In this document: piece by piece, positions 29,016 to 38,404 of the stretch
Layout of the letters: each line of letters opens with the position of its first letter
How positions within the stretch are numbered: position 1 is the first letter of the stretch
Source of the DNA: Desulfolunaceae bacterium
Lineage (GTDB): Bacteria; Desulfobacterota; Desulfobacteria; Desulfobacterales; Desulfolunaceae
NCBI GenBank assembly: GCA_942491485.1
Contig: CALOAX010000002.1
Location: forward strand, 717,821 to 781,820
Reading direction: 5' to 3'
Length of the DNA: 64,000 nucleotides
Made by a program: the position numbers and the translations under genes
Notes under the pieces: model-generated
Databases searched by the model: none
What the model saw: the letters and a program-made list of their open reading frames with translations, nothing else
Told to the model about the DNA's origin: nothing

Positions 29016-30395
29016 GAGCTATAGTCATTTCTGGTGTACAGCATATGGGGATAATGGCGTATCCTGTTGATTGATTCCCGCAAAGAATCCAACCAACAGG
29101 AGGAAATACGCCATGAGTCAACCTACCCTGAAAGCTGTTTCACAACCAGAAGAAAACGTAACTGACCCCTTAACAGAAATGCTCCGCCAAGGTGCCAGGA
29201 AGCTCATAGCCGAAGCCGTTGAGGCTGAACTTCACTCTATGCTTGAGAAGAGTTCAAACATACGACTGGATGACGGGCGAAAGGCGGTAGTCAGGAACGG
29301 TTACCTCCCCCATCGGACAATTCAGACCGGTATTGGAGACATTGAGGTTCGCGTACCCAAAGTGCGTGATCGAAGTGGTTCAGGTATCAAATTTAATAGT
29401 GGCCTGCTGCCACCTTACCTCAAGCGGGCCGCCAGCATAACAGAGCTTTTGCCGTGGCTCTATCTGAAAGGTATCTCTACGGGTGACAGCCAGGAAGCTC
29501 TGTCAGCGCTACTGGGAGAACAGGCGAAAGGATTATCCGCGAATACCATTAGTCGTTTGAAAAGCCAGTGGATTGAAGAACACCACTGCTGGTGCCGGCG
29601 AGACCTGAGTCAGAGTAAGTACGTATATTGGTGGGCCGATGGTGTTTACAGCAATGTCCGGATGGACAATCGCCTGTGCCTTCTTGTTATTGTTGGCGTC
29701 ACCGAGCATGGCATAAAAGAACTGGTGGCCGTTGAAGACGGTTTTCGGGAGTCGGAGGCCAGTTGGTATGAATTGCTCGCAGGCCTGCGTTCTCGTGGTT
29801 TAACCGAAGACCCGAAGTTGGCCGTGGGTGATGGTGCTCTTGGATTCTGGAAGGCCCTTTCCAAATTCTATCCCGGCACAAAACATCAACGCTGCTGGGT
29901 GCACAAGACAGCCAACGTATTGAACAAGGTACCGAAGACCATTCAGCCAAAAATCAAAGCTGCCCTTCATGAAATTTGGATGGCAGAGACTCGTAAGGAC
30001 GCTCAAAAGGCATTCGACGAGGCATTGTTTCGATTTGAGCCCAAATATCCGAGCGCAATGAAATGCCTGAAGAAAAGCAGGAAGGAACTTCTGGCATTTT
30101 ACGATTTTCCTGCGGAACACTGGGTCCACATACGAACAACCAACCCAATTGAATCGACATTTGCTACGGTTCGGTTGCGAACGAACCGAACACGAAACTG
30201 TGGATCAAGAGAGACTACACTGTCGATGGTTTTTAAATTGTTGGAGTCAGCCCAGAAACGATGGAGACGAATCCAAGGTTTTCGTCTGCTGACATTGGTG
30301 GTAAACAACATCAAATTCAAAGACGGAGTCAAAGTGACGAATCAGTCAGCGGAGAATGCTGCTTAGACCCCGTACACCAGATTTGACAATAACTC
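29016..30395 (+). mobile_element. IS256-family insertion sequence, intact
   Basis: Imperfect TIRs GAGCTATAGTCATTTCTGGTGTAC / GTACACCAGATTTGACAATAACTC; perfect 9-bp duplication CCATATTCA (29007-29015, 30396-30404). Confidence 0.95.
29113..30366 (+). CDS. IS256-family (mutator) transposase
   Basis: RNGY, VPKVRDR, WADG, GDGALGFW, QRCWVHK and RTTNPIES. Confidence 0.96.
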   Translation: MSQPTLKAVSQPEENVTDPLTEMLRQGARKLIAEAVEAELHSMLEKSSNIRLDDGRKAVVRNGYLPHRTIQTGIGDIEVRVPKVRDRSGSGIKFNSGLLPPYLKRAASITELLPWLYLKGISTGDSQEALSALLGEQAKGLSANTISRLKSQWIEEHHCWCRRDLSQSKYVYWWADGVYSNVRMDNRLCLLVIVGVTEHGIKELVAVEDGFRESEASWYELLAGLRSRGLTEDPKLAVGDGALGFWKALSKFYPGTKHQRCWVHKTANVLNKVPKTIQPKIKAALHEIWMAETRKDAQKAFDEALFRFEPKYPSAMKCLKKSRKELLAFYDFPAEHWVHIRTTNPIESTFATVRLRTNRTRNCGSRETTLSMVFKLLESAQKRWRRIQGFRLLTLVVNNIKFKDGVKVTNQSAENAA

Positions 30396-30457
30396 CCATA
30401 TTCAAGATTTGATGTAAAGCAAAAACAGACGTACAGCCCATCACCCCTGCCGATATT

Positions 30458-30560
30458 CACGGGCATAAGCCCGTCCGCGAATGTGATCAGCACGAGGAAC
30501 GAGGGCTGGGAGCATTCGCCTCACGGGGTGCAGGGGATCATCCCCTGCCCGCCGGAGGCA
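30458..30560 (-). repeat. TGCCTCCGG-family arm
   Basis: CACGGGCATAAGCCCGT...GAGGAACGAGG...GGGGTGCAGGGGATCATCCCCTGCCCGCCGGAGGCA. Confidence 0.85.
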
Positions 30561-30589
30561 AAAGACTGACCGAAATAAAGGAACCATCC

Positions 30590-31309
30590 ATGCACATATA
30601 CGGACTTCACGACGCAAAGCGAGTCATCAACACCATTCTCCCCCTGGCCAAGTTCATTATCGGATACATCGCCCTCACCCTCTTTCTCGACATCTTCTTC
30701 TCCGGAATGAGGGGCGGCAGTGACATGCAGGGCTCGATCGTGGTCCACTTTGCCCTCTCCACCTGCCTGAGCTATATCGTGATGTCCTTTTTTCTGGGGC
30801 GAATCATCGAGCGGACCTTCAATCTCAGGCCCTTGCCTGCCACGGGCCTGATCCGAAAGCACCTGCCCGGCTACCTCCTGGCAACCCTGATCCTCGTTCT
30901 CCTGGTCACCCCTGTCTTCCTTCTCTTTTCCGCCGTGTTCTTCCCCCAGAACCATCAGGCCCTTTTTTACACCATCATGGTGAGTTTAAAGGTGCTGCCC
31001 ATCTACGTGTTCCCCCTGGTCTTCATCACCGGCCAGGCCAAACACGCCGTCTTTACCGGTATCAAGTGCCTTATCGGAAACGTCTCCGACTCCCTTTTTC
31101 TTATTTCCCTGAGCATTCTGGTCTTTCTCTTTGAGAGCTACCTTGTTCCCGCCCTGTTGCCTGCCATCGGGAACAGCCCTGCAGCCAGCGCCCTCATCGT
31201 CACATGCAACATCTGCTTCAGCCTGTACATCTTTACGGCAGCGTCCTGGGTGATGAAGGAAAAAATTTACAACGATGGAACATCTGAGCCCAATATCACG
31301 GTGCATTAA
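30590..31309 (+). CDS. Hypothetical polytopic membrane protein
   Basis: About 6 hydrophobic segments; AAGGAA RBS. Confidence 0.75.
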   Translation: MHIYGLHDAKRVINTILPLAKFIIGYIALTLFLDIFFSGMRGGSDMQGSIVVHFALSTCLSYIVMSFFLGRIIERTFNLRPLPATGLIRKHLPGYLLATLILVLLVTPVFLLFSAVFFPQNHQALFYTIMVSLKVLPIYVFPLVFITGQAKHAVFTGIKCLIGNVSDSLFLISLSILVFLFESYLVPALLPAIGNSPAASALIVTCNICFSLYIFTAASWVMKEKIYNDGTSEPNITVH

Positions 31310-31367
31310 CCATGCAGGCATTAGCATAAAAGATTACCAATAAAGAATTGAGGATCAAAAACCCTTT

Positions 31368-31664
31368 ATGATTACCCTCACAAAAGAAGCAAGAGACATC
31401 GTTTTGAAACGGGGCGGAGCCATCACCCTGCGTATGGAGAACAAAAACGCCTGTTACGGCTGAGGGCCAGCCCGTCAGGTCCCTGACATGGTCCCGGCAG
31501 TTCGCCGGGGCGCACCCTTTTTCAAAAAAGCATATATGATGGCAGAAATAGACGGCGTCAGCGTCTGGTACAAGCAGGAGATAGAAAACCACACCAAACC
31601 AATCGTTATCGAGTGTGAGCCAGGGTTTTTAAAGTGCCTTCGGATCAAAGAAAGACGGGTGTAG
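31368..31664 (+). CDS. Putative selenoprotein (CxxU; HesB-like / CC-Se motif type), 98 aa
   Basis: MITLTKEARDIVLKRGGAITLRMENKNACYG-UGA(31461)-GPARQVPDMVPAVRRGAP...YMMAEIDGVSVWY...RV-TAG; SECIS-like hairpin immediately after UGA. Confidence 0.8.
31464..31495 (+). promoter_or_regulatory. Bacterial SECIS element
   Basis: Lower stem GGGCCA/TGGTCC, upper stem GTCAG/CTGAC, and G-first apical loop GTCC about 16 nt after UGA. Confidence 0.72.
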
Positions 31665-31692
31665 GTGCAACAATTCAGCCCACACACAAACC

Positions 31693-31981
31693 GCCTCCGG
31701 CGGCCAGGTGGGGGCACCTGGAACCCCTATGGCGAATGCTTGACGTGTGTCGTGACTTGCAGCATTGACGGGGCATTCGCGTGAAGTGTGACGCCTGGCA
31801 ACTTCTTTCGTAAAGAGACCTGTTTCATTCTTCGAAAAACAGGCCGAATGAATACTTGAAACTGGGTTGACTTTTACCGGAATAACTCCGGAGTCAAGGT
31901 GTGCCACCTTGAAAGCGAATTGCAAATGCTCTGAGCCTCGTCCCTTGTGCTCTTCACATTCGCTGACGGACTACGCCCGTG
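31693..31981 (+). repeat. Two tandem TGCCTCCGG-family arms
   Basis: CCAGGTG/CACCTGG arm at 31693 and CAAGGTG/CACCTTG arm near 31886. Confidence 0.78.
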
Positions 31982-32240
31982 AATCAGGGTACGTCATGGG
32001 TTTCGCCTTCCCCGGCTGTCAGGGCAACCTGGAGTCCAGGCAGAGCTTAATCGTCGTAAACACGACACTCTCAGCGTAGCGGATGGCCGTGAAACCATGC
32101 TTGCAAGAGGGTGCCTCTTCAGATTCATTTTGACGGTTGCCCCCCCTTGCCCCTCAACACAAAAGCCCCAGCCAGCCCCCCAGAAAAAGAGGGACAAAGC
32201 CGGGGCTTTCTGTCAGCAGAGGTCCAGTCATCAGCCGGGA

Positions 32241-33977
32241 CTACTCGCCCTGCGGCTCCTTTCCCAAAAGCTCTTTCGTAAAGCCGTTGATGTCGTTGCC
32301 CTTCAGGCCGATATCGGCCAGAAGGGAGTCAACCAAGGGTGCCTGCCCCCTGTAACGCAAGGCGCTGTTGACCAGCTGATCAGAAAGGTTTGAATCGGCC
32401 ACCGCCCCTTCCTTGGAACCATTCACCGAGCCTCCGTTCAACCCATCCACCTGAATGATCTTAATTCCGTCGATGTTCTCCATGGGCTTGACACTCTCGC
32501 GAATAATCGAGGGGAGGTATTTGATCAGGGCCATGCGAATCTGCATGGCAACCTGGGCCTCGGAGAGAGTGTTGTCCGCATCGTTCAGGGCTCTCTTGCC
32601 TTCAGCCTCCACAGCATAGCTTCGTTCTTGGGCATCGGCCTTGAGAACCTGAGCATCTGCCGCTGCCTTGGCCTCAATCATCAGCTTGTCCGCTTCCGCA
32701 TTGGCTGCAATGCGAATGGACTCTGCCTCATCTTCCGATGCCAGTTTCTGTGTCTCGGCGGCCACCTTGATTTTGATGGCATCTTTTTGGGCTGCTTTTT
32801 CCGCCTCAATCAACTCCACAAGCTTCTGACGCTCAGCCACCTGGCTCTCTCGAACGGTGATAACCCCCTCCTCCTCTTTAACCGCAAGGGAGCGTGCCCT
32901 GTCAGCTTCAGCCTGGGATTCGGATTTTGCCTTCGACTTTTCTGCAATGGCGATGGCACGATCCTGTTCGGCCAACTCCACCGCCTTCTTCTGTTCAATT
33001 TGAGCGGTTTCAAGGACCCGTTCTTTTGAAATATCCTTCTCGCGGACCTGACGCTCTTTTTCGATTTTTCCCTCATCAATGGCACGCTCGGCATCGATAC
33101 GTGCCATGTCCACCTGCTGCTGAGACTCAATTTGGGCCTGCTCGGCATTTCGCTGCTTTTCGGCGCGTTCCCTTGCAATTTCGGAGGCCTGGTCTGCCTT
33201 TCGAATCTCAATCTCACGTTCCTGCTTCAGCCGTGCGTACTCCTCTTCCTTCTGAATCTCCAACTTCAGCTTTTCTGCTTCGAGGTTTTTATTGGAGATG
33301 GAAACCTCCGTGTCCTGCTCAATGGCGTTTCGTTTCATCCGCCTGGTCTGAATCTCTTCGGTGAGCTTGGTCAGGCCTTCGGCATCAAAGGCGTTGTCCG
33401 GGTTGAAAAACTCCTTGCTGGTCTGATCAAGGCCAGTCAGGGAGACCGTCTCAAGCTCCAGGCCATTCTTCAGGAGGTCCTCTGAAACCACCTGCTGGAC
33501 CTTCTGGACGAAATCGACCCGTTTTTCATGAAGCTCGGTCATGGTCATCTCCGCTGCCACAGACCGAAGGGCGTCCACAAACTTGCCCTCCACCAGCTCC
33601 TTCAACTCATCAGGATTCATGGTTTTCATGCCCAGGGTCTGGGCTGAGTTGGCGATGGACTCTTCGGACGGCTTCACGCGCACATAAAACTCTGCCATCA
33701 CATCCACGCGCATGCGGTCCATGGTGATCAGGGCCTGACTCTCTGCGCGCCGCACTTCAAGGCGCAACGTGTTCATGTTTACGGGAATCACCTCATGAAG
33801 CACCGGCAACACCAGAGCCCCCCCATTCATGATCACGCGCTGACCGCCAAACCCTGTCCGAACAAAGGAGGTCTCCTTTGACGAGCGTGTGTAAAGCCTG
33901 GAAAGAACAATCCCAATACAAATAAACGCCACAAGAATAATACCCGTCATCATCAAAACAGACGTTAAATTGCCCAT
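32241..33977 (-). CDS. Flotillin / SPFH-domain protein (YqiK-like)
   Basis: N-terminal TM, FVRTGFGG, EGKFVDALRSVAA, FNPDNAFDAEGL and an AE-rich coiled coil. Confidence 0.93.
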   Translation of the reverse strand: MGNLTSVLMMTGIILVAFICIGIVLSRLYTRSSKETSFVRTGFGGQRVIMNGGALVLPVLHEVIPVNMNTLRLEVRRAESQALITMDRMRVDVMAEFYVRVKPSEESIANSAQTLGMKTMNPDELKELVEGKFVDALRSVAAEMTMTELHEKRVDFVQKVQQVVSEDLLKNGLELETVSLTGLDQTSKEFFNPDNAFDAEGLTKLTEEIQTRRMKRNAIEQDTEVSISNKNLEAEKLKLEIQKEEEYARLKQEREIEIRKADQASEIARERAEKQRNAEQAQIESQQQVDMARIDAERAIDEGKIEKERQVREKDISKERVLETAQIEQKKAVELAEQDRAIAIAEKSKAKSESQAEADRARSLAVKEEEGVITVRESQVAERQKLVELIEAEKAAQKDAIKIKVAAETQKLASEDEAESIRIAANAEADKLMIEAKAAADAQVLKADAQERSYAVEAEGKRALNDADNTLSEAQVAMQIRMALIKYLPSIIRESVKPMENIDGIKIIQVDGLNGGSVNGSKEGAVADSNLSDQLVNSALRYRGQAPLVDSLLADIGLKGNDINGFTKELLGKEPQGE

Positions 33978-34056
33978 GCACTCCTCCTGATAAATTCTTC
34001 GGCTGCGCCTTTGTTATGCCAGCCACTGTGTTAATGAAAATAAATCCATCTGAATG

Positions 34057-34317
34057 GTAACTATTCAGCGATGCCTCCGGCGGCCCTGCCGGTGGCCAAA
34101 CTTTTGAAAAGTTTGACAAACAGGTTTTCATGAGAAAACCCGATAAATCCATGCTTGAAGGCGGATATGACTTACCCGAGGAACGAGGGGCAAATCGCAT
34201 CCGCAACCTGCTTTCAAGGTGTTTTGCCTAATGTGGCTTCGCCATCCTTGCCGCCGGAGGCATTTTTTTCCGAATTTTGGCCATAGAAGGCCTTGGTTTG
34301 TTGAGCTGAATAGTTGT
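34057..34317. mobile_element. Degenerate IS66-type MITE containing a TGCCTCCGG doublet (34072-34262), inside the psp operon
   Basis: GTAACTATTCAGC ... GCTGAATAGTTGT ends; no intact target duplication. Confidence 0.65.
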
Positions 34318-34335
34318 AATCAAGGTGCCCCTTTT

Positions 34336-35001
34336 TCAGCTCTCCAGCTCTTCCGCGGTATTTCGGATGGCGCCATAAACAGCCCCCATCTGGCGCACGA
34401 TAAGAACCGCCTCCCCCTGCTCGAACTCCTCCTCGGCCATATCGGGTTCCACCATAATGTAGTGGGAGGTTCCATACCGGTCCTTAAGCTTGGCCTGGGC
34501 AGGGCTCCCGACCTTTGCATGGCCCAGGGTGATGTAGGCCACCTTCCCGATGTAGCTTTTTTCCGACACCGCTTCGGTCTCATCTTTGGGAAAAAAACGG
34601 GCAAAAGACCTGCCGAACAGTTTCACCACGGGAATCGTCCCTGCCAGAGCCCCCGCAGATGCAACAAGGGATGGAAGGTAAGAACCCATCACCCCTTGGG
34701 CTACGGACTGAATAGTCAAGCCGATCAAACCAAAGGAGGTTAAAAACACAACGATGAGAATTAAAAGGGGCACCCCCTTGATTCGCATCCACCCGAAAAG
34801 CCTGGTGAAAACCGAGCCGCCATCCACATCGGGTGCATCCAGGTCCACAGAGGTATCAAGATCCGGAACCATGTTGTCCAGGTATTCGGAAAACCCGAAC
34901 CCCAAAACCGACCCGGCCCCTTCAATGAAGGTAATACAGAGCATCAGGGCAAGGGCCACAGCAAAGGGCATATTGGCCGGATGAAGAAGTAGCTCAACCA
35001 T
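34336..35001 (-). CDS. YqiJ/DUF1449 (NfeD-like OB-fold) membrane protein
   Basis: NMPFAVAL, VPLLILIVVFL and G.A..GSPAQAKLKDRYGTSHY; sits upstream of flotillin. Confidence 0.88.
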   Translation of the reverse strand: MVELLLHPANMPFAVALALMLCITFIEGAGSVLGFGFSEYLDNMVPDLDTSVDLDAPDVDGGSVFTRLFGWMRIKGVPLLILIVVFLTSFGLIGLTIQSVAQGVMGSYLPSLVASAGALAGTIPVVKLFGRSFARFFPKDETEAVSEKSYIGKVAYITLGHAKVGSPAQAKLKDRYGTSHYIMVEPDMAEEEFEQGEAVLIVRQMGAVYGAIRNTAEELES

Positions 35002-35002
35002 T

Positions 35003-35686
35003 CTACCCCTCACCCTTGATGGCAGCCAGGCGCTCTTGAACCCTGTTGCGGCGCGCCATCTCTTCGAGCTCGGCCAGCTTCACCGCATCGCTGCGACCGG
35101 AGCCTGAAGCCAGTGCCTCAGTCCCGCCTGCCTTTGCTGCCACGCGATCAAAGGTCGCCTGAGCCCCTGCGACACGTCTCTCCACATCCCCTGACGTGGA
35201 GTCACCAAATGACGTATCGCCCCCTTCCGCTGCGGCAGCCTTGGCGGCATCACGGTACTGGGCCAACACGTCAGCCATCTCGCGTTTCTGGGCCTTCAAC
35301 GCGCTGATATACCCCTCGAGTTCTTTTTCCTGGGCAGCGCTGTCGGCAATGGTTGCCTCGAGGATGGGGATCTGAGCTTCGATATCCATCTGCTTACCGA
35401 TGGCCACCTCCGCCAAATCGTCTCGATTCTCCCGAACAGCCAGCTCAATTTGGCCGGTGAGCTCTTCATATTTCTGGTTCATTGTCATCAGACGTTTGTT
35501 TGCAAGGTGCTTGCCTGCCACCACCTTGCCAAGCTCGTCACGGACATCATCCATGGCAGTCTCCACGTCACGGATAGACTCCTCCATAACGCTCTCCGGC
35601 ACGGCCCCTTCTATGGAAGAGACAATAGAATTCACACTGCCGCTGACAATACGGCCCACTCGCTTCCAAAGTCGTTCACTCATCAC
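35003..35686 (-). CDS. PspA/IM30 family protein
   Basis: RVGRIVSGSVN..., helical coiled coil, REDLA-like motif and VQERLAAIK end. Confidence 0.88.
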   Translation of the reverse strand: MMSERLWKRVGRIVSGSVNSIVSSIEGAVPESVMEESIRDVETAMDDVRDELGKVVAGKHLANKRLMTMNQKYEELTGQIELAVRENRDDLAEVAIGKQMDIEAQIPILEATIADSAAQEKELEGYISALKAQKREMADVLAQYRDAAKAAAAEGGDTSFGDSTSGDVERRVAGAQATFDRVAAKAGGTEALASGSGRSDAVKLAELEEMARRNRVQERLAAIKGEG

Positions 35687-36205
35687 TCATCTCCTTTTTT
35701 TTCGAATCATGATTTCCTGCATCAACGCAGACAAATCCATGGTTGATGCAATGCGTGGCTTGATCTCTTCCGGGTCATAGCAGGAACGCCAACCCGAGGC
35801 GCCCATTTGAAGGGTTCCTTCAAAAATCCTGGTTATTCGCTCGTGAAGCCCCTTCTCAAGCTCACGTAAGGTGTCAGGGGGCTCCTTTTCCTGCTCAGAC
35901 ACATACGAGAGAAAAAAGGCAAGAAGGTCTGGAAGCCACTCAAAGGAGTGCTTGACAAGCTCCGAGGAGAGGCCCGATGCGAGCTCATCGGCGCGAACCT
36001 TGAGGACAACCGGTCGCATCATCCGTACGATCTCATCAAACCATGCCTGATGGCCTTCGATTCCGTTTTCCGCGGCTCGTTTTTCCGCGATAAGCGCTCT
36101 GAATTTATCACTGGGTGTTTTGGCGTCTTTAAAATCAAGCCGACTTAAAAATTCGGCATCTTCGTCCGTAATGCGGACGCTGAAGGGTACTGTCTTTGGT
36201 GACAT
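35687..36205 (-). CDS. Hypothetical protein with possible N-terminal ribbon-helix-helix
   Basis: TVPFSVRITDEDAEFL...TPSDKFRALI; first gene of the operon. Confidence 0.75.
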   Translation of the reverse strand: MSPKTVPFSVRITDEDAEFLSRLDFKDAKTPSDKFRALIAEKRAAENGIEGHQAWFDEIVRMMRPVVLKVRADELASGLSSELVKHSFEWLPDLLAFFLSYVSEQEKEPPDTLRELEKGLHERITRIFEGTLQMGASGWRSCYDPEEIKPRIASTMDLSALMQEIMIRKKRR

Positions 36206-36259
36206 ATCGGCCCCCGTTTCTTTCTGATTGGCGGGAAGTAATCATAAGGCCCGAAATGA

Positions 36260-36288
36260 AAAGTACGACACTTGAATACTTTTGTAAA
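36260..36288 (-). promoter_or_regulatory. sigma70 promoter of the psp-flotillin operon
   Basis: TTTACA-N17-TACTTT, overlapped by a GAATAC...GTATTC inverted repeat. Confidence 0.55.
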
Positions 36289-36928
36289 CATCTTTTGACG
36301 TATTCGACAAGCAGCCAATTCAGGCAAACATTTAAGAACTTAGAGACCAAAACACCCCCCTATCTTTAATTTCTCAGAACCGATGAAAAAGTAATCCCGT
36401 GCACACCACCATTTTCTCTAATATGGAATGCAGACTGACAAAGAGAGGCAAATTCGGGCGGTAGACCTCCCCGTAAAGCACATACAGAACAACTGAACAT
36501 GACAGAAGGGTTCAAAGCCAGACAGACTGTTGGCACCAAGCGAAGTAAGTGACGACATGGTCCTCAAACCTCATTACGGTGGCAACATCGACCACGTATT
36601 CACCCTGATCCTGGCCATATACCTGGTTCAAGGAGCTTGACCGTCAGGATAATATGACGTATTTATATGATTAATCATTGATAACTTGAGATCTATCGAT
36701 CACACCACACAATACCATTGTTATATCACCTTGGCGTTGTGCTGAACCCATGTTCGATTTCTGCTGTGCAGAGATTGCATGTGCTGAGAAGCTCTATCTC
36801 TACCTCAAAATAAACATTGTTCGTATTTACAGGTTCCGTTCATAAAAATGTTGGTTTGCCGGTAGCACCTAACGCCATCCGGCTTGTTGCATACACATGG
36901 AAGCAAGGTAAATTAGGGAGAGTAAGGC

Positions 36929-37813
36929 ATGAAAAAAATACTGTTTGGTGCTGTGCTTCTGGTTTCACTGCTCGTGGTTTCCGGACCGGCCCCTGCGGCC
37001 TCAAAATGCGACACCAGGTACCCCGTTGTCCTGGCTCACGGCATGGGAGCGTCCGCTGAAATTCTGGGAATCGTGGACTATTGGTGGGGAATCGAAGAGG
37101 CACTCGAGGCCAACGGGGCAGAGGTATACATCACCTCGGTCAACGGGATGGACAGCACGGCAAACAAAGCCGAGTCCTTTAAAAAACAGTTCCTGCAGAT
37201 TCTTGCCGTCTCCGGAAAAGAGAAGGCCAACATCATCGGCCACTCCCACGGCACCCTCTACACCCGGGACGCCATCTCAAATCTGGGTCTGGCCGACAAG
37301 GTGTCCAGCTACACAAGCCTTGCGGGGCCTCACCAAGGATCCAGCGTCGCAGACGCCATCATGTACGGGGTGCCCGGTTTCCTTCACGGGGTTTCCGGGC
37401 AGGTGATGGACTTTCTCTACTCCTGGGTCTTCGGTGACACAGACCCCAACAGCCTCGAAAATGGCTGGAACGTAACCCGACCCTACATGAAGAATGTCTT
37501 CAACCCCAACACCCCCAATGTGGAAGGCCTCTATTACCAGAGCTGGGCAAGCAAAGCCCGTTACTCCTGCCCAAGCGGCATCCTTCAACTCACCTGGCTC
37601 TACGCCCTGACCCAGGAAGGGTCCAACGACGGACTTGTCAGCGTGGAAAGTGCCAAGTGGGGCAACTTCCGAGGTGTCGAGGACGGGTCCTGGTGGAGCC
37701 CAGGCGTGGACCACCTGAACCTCGTGAATCAGTTCTTCGGAATCACACCCGGATTTGATGCCAAAGGCTTCTACGTGGACATGGTCGCCGACCTGAAGGC
37801 ACGGGGTTATTAG
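36929..37813 (+). CDS. Secreted triacylglycerol lipase (family I-like)
   Basis: Signal peptide, TRYPVVLAHGM, IIGHSHG, PHQGS, NDGLVS and DHLNLVNQ. Confidence 0.92.
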   Translation: MKKILFGAVLLVSLLVVSGPAPAASKCDTRYPVVLAHGMGASAEILGIVDYWWGIEEALEANGAEVYITSVNGMDSTANKAESFKKQFLQILAVSGKEKANIIGHSHGTLYTRDAISNLGLADKVSSYTSLAGPHQGSSVADAIMYGVPGFLHGVSGQVMDFLYSWVFGDTDPNSLENGWNVTRPYMKNVFNPNTPNVEGLYYQSWASKARYSCPSGILQLTWLYALTQEGSNDGLVSVESAKWGNFRGVEDGSWWSPGVDHLNLVNQFFGITPGFDAKGFYVDMVADLKARGY

Positions 37814-37830
37814 CCTCTTCGAAAGCGAAT

Positions 37831-38061
37831 TGCCTCCGGCGGCGAGGTGAGCCACCTCGAAAGCTGATTGCCTCCGGCGGCGAGGTGAGCCACCTCGAAA
37901 GCTGATTGCCTCCGGCGGCGAGGTGAGCCACCTCGAAAGCTGATTGCCTCCGGCGGCGAGGTGAGCCACCTCGAAAGCTGATTGCCCTTGCGCTTTTTCC
38001 TTCGTACCTCAGGAAAAAGCGCAAGGGCGTTCGCCGCGGCTGCGCTCGCCTCCAATGCTGG
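37831..38061 (+). repeat. Four exact 38-bp tandem copies of the TGCCTCCGG arm (37831-37982) plus stem module
   Basis: (TGCCTCCGGCGGCGAGGTGAGCCACCTCGAAAGCTGAT)4. Confidence 0.95.
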
Positions 38062-38260
38062 CGGTTAATATGTACAAGGTCACAAGAATGAGACCTCCGG
38101 CTGCAAACGCCTTTAGCTATGGATTGATCATTTTCCTTTCTTCATGCAGGGGCTGAGGTAACATGCGCTGCGACCGAAAAGTTTGCTGGAGCCATTTTGA
38201 AAACGCGCCACACCCAAGCCCACACTGAGTCGTTACAGCTTGACAACCGTTGCCGTTGTT

Positions 38261-38363
38261 CACGGGCGAAGCCCGTCAGCAAATGTGACGTACCTGAGAA
38301 ACGAAGGTACGGAGCATTTGCAAACCTGAGGTCCAGGGGATCATCCCCTGGCCGCCGGAGGCA
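38261..38363 (-). repeat. TGCCTCCGG-family arm
   Basis: CACGGGCGAAGCCCGT...GGTCCAGGGGATCATCCCCTGGCCGCCGGAGGCA. Confidence 0.85.
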
Positions 38364-38404
38364 AACTTAACGCCCGTCAAGGGCAGCATGTCTGGTCGTG
38401 TTAT

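Noticed and set aside
37831-37982. CRISPR array
   Set aside because: Units are identical and contiguous with no spacers, there are no cas genes, and the unit is the head of the dispersed repeat family.
37277-38055. ORFs 37277-37969, 37743-38024 and 37810-38055
   Set aside because: They are translations of the tandem repeat and of the lipase antisense strand.
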